This document shows positions 28,224 to 32,000 of a DNA stretch of 32,000 nucleotides, one piece after another. Within the stretch, counting starts at the first letter, position 1; every line of letters begins with the position of its first letter. The stretch is from Acholeplasma laidlawii PG-8A. GTDB taxonomy: Bacteria; Bacillota_I; Bacilli_A; Acholeplasmatales; Acholeplasmataceae. The notes under the pieces are model-generated. The model ran no database searches. It was not told the DNA's origin and saw only the letters and a list, made by a program, of their open reading frames with translations. The stretch lies in assembly GCF_000018785.1 (NCBI RefSeq), contig NC_010163.1:1440001-1472000 (forward strand), written 5' to 3'. Made by a program: the position numbers and the translations under genes.

Positions 28224-29156
28224 TTACATTTCTTTGTTATGTTTTATTGCTTCTATTTCCTGTCTTTGAAGTTCTTTTTTTGCGCTACGCTTTAGTTTAT
28301 ATCTTGTATATACTTCTTTATGGAAAAAGATAAAGTATGTTAGTGGTATCACTACAAGTAGCAGTAATGAAATATTTATTAGATATAAACTGTTTAATTT
28401 GTTTAGTTTACTGATTAAAGTAGCATCATAATATAAATTTATATTATTTTTGATATCACTAAGCGATTCATCTGATAAAAATTTAATTTCATCGGATGTA
28501 ATAAACTTGATATCTCTTTGATAAGTGTTGCTAAATTTATCAGGGATTTGATTTACTAAATCAGAATTATATAAAGTGACTAACTCTCTACTAAAATAAT
28601 TAATATCATCATATGCAATGTGAATGGATTCAAATGAAATAGTTGATTCCGCTTTTAGTCTATCAAAATTAATAAGCAATAACTTTGAAGTATCATCATA
28701 GAGTGTGATGAAGGTTTCTTCAAATGTTTGTTTATTCGTTTGTCCAATAGTGATTTCTTGATTAAATTTGATAGTTGCACGAATTGTGCTATAGTCATCT
28801 TCATCTTTTAACAGTGATGTATCTGTTATATTTAGATCCCTTATTAAGATAGCTAGAGAATGCTCATAGGATCTTAAATTTTCAGCAACTTTATAAATGT
28901 ATAGACCCACTTCATCTTCACCATCTATAAAATGTTGTTCATAAAGCGGCTCTTTAAAGATAATAGCATTGGTTCCATCACCTCTATTAGCAACCAGTGT
29001 TGCAGCAAGTAACTTTACATTGTTATCTTCTACCTCACTTTGTAGTGATTGTAGAAACTCTACACGTTTTTGCGCTTCTGTATATAAAGAAACCATGAAT
29101 GTTGCCATACCAATAAAAATGATGTATAGAATTATAAAAAACCAGTTTTTTGTCAT
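28224..29156 (-). CDS. Bitopic membrane protein of unknown function
   Basis: N-terminal TM (WFFIILYIIFIGMATFMVS), about 230 aa extracytoplasmic region, second TM (LYLINISLLLLVVIPLTYFIFF), basic tail. Confidence 0.75.
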   Translation of the reverse strand: MTKNWFFIILYIIFIGMATFMVSLYTEAQKRVEFLQSLQSEVEDNNVKLLAATLVANRGDGTNAIIFKEPLYEQHFIDGEDEVGLYIYKVAENLRSYEHSLAILIRDLNITDTSLLKDEDDYSTIRATIKFNQEITIGQTNKQTFEETFITLYDDTSKLLLINFDRLKAESTISFESIHIAYDDINYFSRELVTLYNSDLVNQIPDKFSNTYQRDIKFITSDEIKFLSDESLSDIKNNINLYYDATLISKLNKLNSLYLINISLLLLVVIPLTYFIFFHKEVYTRYKLKRSAKKELQRQEIEAIKHNKEM

Positions 29157-29279
29157 AGATTTATCCTTAAATGTAAGCTACTTAATGTCTTTTAATTATA
29201 TAATAAATTACGTATTTTTTCAATTTATTATATGTTTTATAACTAATATGTTTGAATTTCTATATTTTAGAAAAGAAAA

Positions 29280-29310
29280 GCCTATGCTTCATTCTTAAAG
29301 AAGCATAGGC
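29280..29310 (-). terminator. Strong intrinsic terminator of the large secreted protein gene
   Basis: Minus strand GCCTATGCTTC-TTTAAGAAT-GAAGCATAGGC-TTTTCTTTTC. Confidence 0.88.
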
Positions 29311-29361
29311 TCTAATTTTTTATCACTTTATACTTACTATATTACTATGAAATATAAATAA

Positions 29362-32000
29362 TTAATTAAGTACGTAAATCTTTAGGTTATCTACACCAAT
29401 AGCATAAGCTGTGTTTGAAGTTGATGATGCAGCTGGTGCTTCATATACTAATCTATATGTTCCGCCACCTGTAATTTCGATAGATACGTTTGTTAATGCG
29501 TCTTTAGTTAATTGACCAAATACGTTATCACCAACTGTTACCCAATTTTCACCTTCAAGTTTTTCAACTCTTACTGATGAACCTGCTAATCCTACAGTTT
29601 GATCAAAGTTATTTTGATTCCATGCAGCAAAGTCAAATTCTATCTTTGATGCGTTTGCATAAGCTGCTGCAGTTAAGTCGAATTCAACATAAGATAGTTT
29701 AAATGTAGAAATTGGTGCTAATACTAGGAATGCTGCACTGTCAGCCCAAGGAGCAAAAGTACTTGTGTTAATTTGTACTCTATCTTTGTCTAGTGTAAAT
29801 GCATCACCATTTGTATTAGAGAATGCTAATGTTCCAGCCGCATAACCTGTAACAGGTGATGGACCAAAATCAAATGTGTAAGCTACAGTTTCAACTGCTG
29901 CTTCAGCTTTTACAGTGATTTCAAACACTTTAGTGTCTGTTGCTTCACCATTTGTTAAAGCTGCTGTTAATGTAACTACAGTATCAGCTGCTGGTTTAGT
30001 GTATGTACCATCGTTGCCTAAAACTTCTGGATGTGATGATGTCCATACTACAGTTGTACCGTTTGCTAGTGTAACAGGTAATGATAATGATTCTAGTGTT
30101 GTTGCCGGTAATTCTAATAATAGTTTGTCTAATGCTAATTCTTCTGCATCAGTTAAGATTGGTGATTCACCTTCAGTAACTTGAGCTGCAGCATGAATAC
30201 CAATTGCACCATTATTTGATCTCCAAGTTAATAAAGCATTAGTAAATGACACATAATCACCAACTTTTAAGCCCTTAATAAAGTCAGATGAACCAACTAG
30301 TGGTTGTCTTGAATCCCAGTAGAATCTAATTGTCTTTAATGTTACTTCATCTTCTAAGATTAATTCAACGTTACCGTAATCATTAGCGATAACTTCTTTT
30401 ACCTTTAAGTTAGCAACTGAAACTAGATTTGATTGGAATGGTAATAGACTTTCTGCATCCCATAAAGTGATTGTTCTTAGGTCTGTAGCTTCTGGCATTG
30501 TACCATCTAATTCTAAATCAGTAACTTCTGGACTACCTAATTGAATTAATCCACTAAATACTGTTCTAGTACCAATGATTTGAACTTGTTTACCAACTAA
30601 TAATGCTAGGTCAGCTGCTGCCCCTACTGAAGCATATACAGTGATTGCACCAGTACCATCAGCGATAGAAATTTGTCTATGAGCGTTGTAACCTAATACA
30701 GTACCAGTAATCATAAATTTATAAGTATTAACTGTAGCTTCTAAAACTTCTGCAATTGTAGATGGAGCAACTTCGCCCACTCTAATTGTGAATTCTTTAG
30801 TAGCTGAAGCCTCGCCTAATGTTAATGTAGCAACTAATTTAACATCTTTTTGACCAGATGTTGGAAGTGTTACCTTACCATCAGCTAAGTTAATTAATGC
30901 GTTGTTTGCATCTTCTGCATCTTTGAATGACCAAGCGATATTTACTTCATCAGATTTATTAGCTAATGTTAATGTTTGATCTGCTTTGTAAACTTCAACT
31001 GGTAATTTAAGTGCGTTTTTAGCAACGTCAACTTTTTGTGATTCATTTAAGTTTGCAGTAATACCTGATGGTCCACCTACATAGTAAACAGCAAATGCTA
31101 AGTTATTTGATCTGTATGTATAAATCACTACATCCATTTCAACTTCAAAGCCTGCAAAACTACGTACGTAAGGGAAATCAGCTGTTCCGTAATAGAACAT
31201 AAAGCCGCTTGCAGGAACACCTGGTTCACCTAATACTAATGCAGATTTAGCTGCATCAATAATGTAAGTATTGTAGTTACCTGAATCGCCTTCAATCATG
31301 AAGATATTACCTTTAACAGTTGCATAAATTGGTTCAAAGTTTCCATCAGAAACAGCTGGATAATTATGTTCGCCTGCTGTTGTTAATTCACTGATCTTAG
31401 AATCAACACTGTTAACAGTTTCTTTAGTTGGATATTGTGGCGTTGCAGATGCTTTTTCAACACCTGTAGATTTCACTAATTCCCAAATACCGAAGTACCA
31501 TTCTAAAGCACCAGTAACATCGTATACTTTACCAACTTCGAAAGTTGTTTGGCTGTTGAATAATTGAATAATACCTGTTCCATCATAACCAAAGTAAACA
31601 TCACCTTTTGCAAAGATTGTTACATTTGGAATAGTTACAGTATATTCGCCACCATCATAAGCTTCATCTCTGATCGCTAGGATATCAGCAATTGTTTCAA
31701 TTTCGATTTCTTCAACTGTATTTTCTTTAATTGTTAATGTTTTTTCCCATTTCTTCTCTAAGATTTCATCAGAAATTTCTGATTTTAATTTTAAAGTAGC
31801 TGTGATTTTAACAGTTGCATCGCCTTGACCTTTAGCTGGACGGTTAACAGTTGCAGTAACTTCATTGTTAACAGCAGTTCCAAATGATACAACACCTGGA
31901 TTATCTGATGTCCATACAGCTTCGATCCCACCAGCAAGCATGCTTGGTACAACGAAGTTTGATGTAATATTAGATGGATCACTGATTAAAATGTCCATAC
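29362..32000 (-). CDS. Large secreted/surface protein, 3' part: Ig-like repeats, OB-fold-like modules and a C-terminal beta domain (5' end outside window)
   Basis: Repeated VWTSSHPEVLGNDGTY / VWTSDNPGVVSFG Ig-like units and ISIADGTGAITVYA...LVGKQVQIIG OB-like unit; reading frame open to the window edge, no signal peptide in the visible part. Confidence 0.72.
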   Translation of the reverse strand, partial: MDILISDPSNITSNFVVPSMLAGGIEAVWTSDNPGVVSFGTAVNNEVTATVNRPAKGQGDATVKITATLKLKSEISDEILEKKWEKTLTIKENTVEEIEIETIADILAIRDEAYDGGEYTVTIPNVTIFAKGDVYFGYDGTGIIQLFNSQTTFEVGKVYDVTGALEWYFGIWELVKSTGVEKASATPQYPTKETVNSVDSKISELTTAGEHNYPAVSDGNFEPIYATVKGNIFMIEGDSGNYNTYIIDAAKSALVLGEPGVPASGFMFYYGTADFPYVRSFAGFEVEMDVVIYTYRSNNLAFAVYYVGGPSGITANLNESQKVDVAKNALKLPVEVYKADQTLTLANKSDEVNIAWSFKDAEDANNALINLADGKVTLPTSGQKDVKLVATLTLGEASATKEFTIRVGEVAPSTIAEVLEATVNTYKFMITGTVLGYNAHRQISIADGTGAITVYASVGAAADLALLVGKQVQIIGTRTVFSGLIQLGSPEVTDLELDGTMPEATDLRTITLWDAESLLPFQSNLVSVANLKVKEVIANDYGNVELILEDEVTLKTIRFYWDSRQPLVGSSDFIKGLKVGDYVSFTNALLTWRSNNGAIGIHAAAQVTEGESPILTDAEELALDKLLLELPATTLESLSLPVTLANGTTVVWTSSHPEVLGNDGTYTKPAADTVVTLTAALTNGEATDTKVFEITVKAEAAVETVAYTFDFGPSPVTGYAAGTLAFSNTNGDAFTLDKDRVQINTSTFAPWADSAAFLVLAPISTFKLSYVEFDLTAAAYANASKIEFDFAAWNQNNFDQTVGLAGSSVRVEKLEGENWVTVGDNVFGQLTKDALTNVSIEITGGGTYRLVYEAPAASSTSNTAYAIGVDNLKIYVLN

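Noticed and set aside
29880-31900. Possible pseudogenisation or tandem DNA repeats in the large protein gene
   Set aside because: The frame is intact throughout and similarity between modules is at protein level only; no near-identical DNA repeats seen.
31791-31982. Short minus-strand ORF (63 aa) in another frame of the large secreted protein
   Set aside because: Frame-shifted shadow of the 29362..32000 coding sequence.
1-32000. CRISPR arrays, transposases, integrases, toxin-antitoxin or restriction systems
   Set aside because: No regularly spaced direct repeats and no ORF with motifs of these families were found.

Overview
Acholeplasma-like (low-GC Mollicute/Firmicute) chromosomal window, densely coding, standard code. 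No CRISPR, transposon, prophage, tRNA or rRNA is evident. The contents are mostly conserved housekeeping blocks: dus, hslO, maf, tilS-hpt-ftsH-S4 protein-lysS, fba, pyrG, rpoE(delta), recR-ybaB-dnaX, mnmE, mgtC and two tandem DHH phosphoesterases. Interspersed are accessory genes. The most notable is an apparently complete heliorhodopsin gene (17726..18535, minus) with retinal Lys255, TM3 Glu122 and conserved histidines. It lies between a tocopherol-cyclase-like gene and pyrG. Two RNA-level regulatory elements can be built base by base: (a) a pyrG leader with promoter, pppGGGC start and a terminator with a pyrimidine-rich 5' arm, the architecture of CTP-sensing reiterative-transcription attenuation; (b) a compact leader before the NCS2 uracil/xanthine-type permease, in which a 9-bp bulged helix and an intrinsic terminator are mutually exclusive (unidentified riboswitch/attenuator candidate). 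Other accessory loci are a PadR/DUF1700/DUF4097 cassette with a consensus promoter, a lamin-tail plus SNase-like lipoprotein, and the 3' part of a large secreted Ig-like/OB-fold protein. Family names come from recall of motifs, with no database search run.
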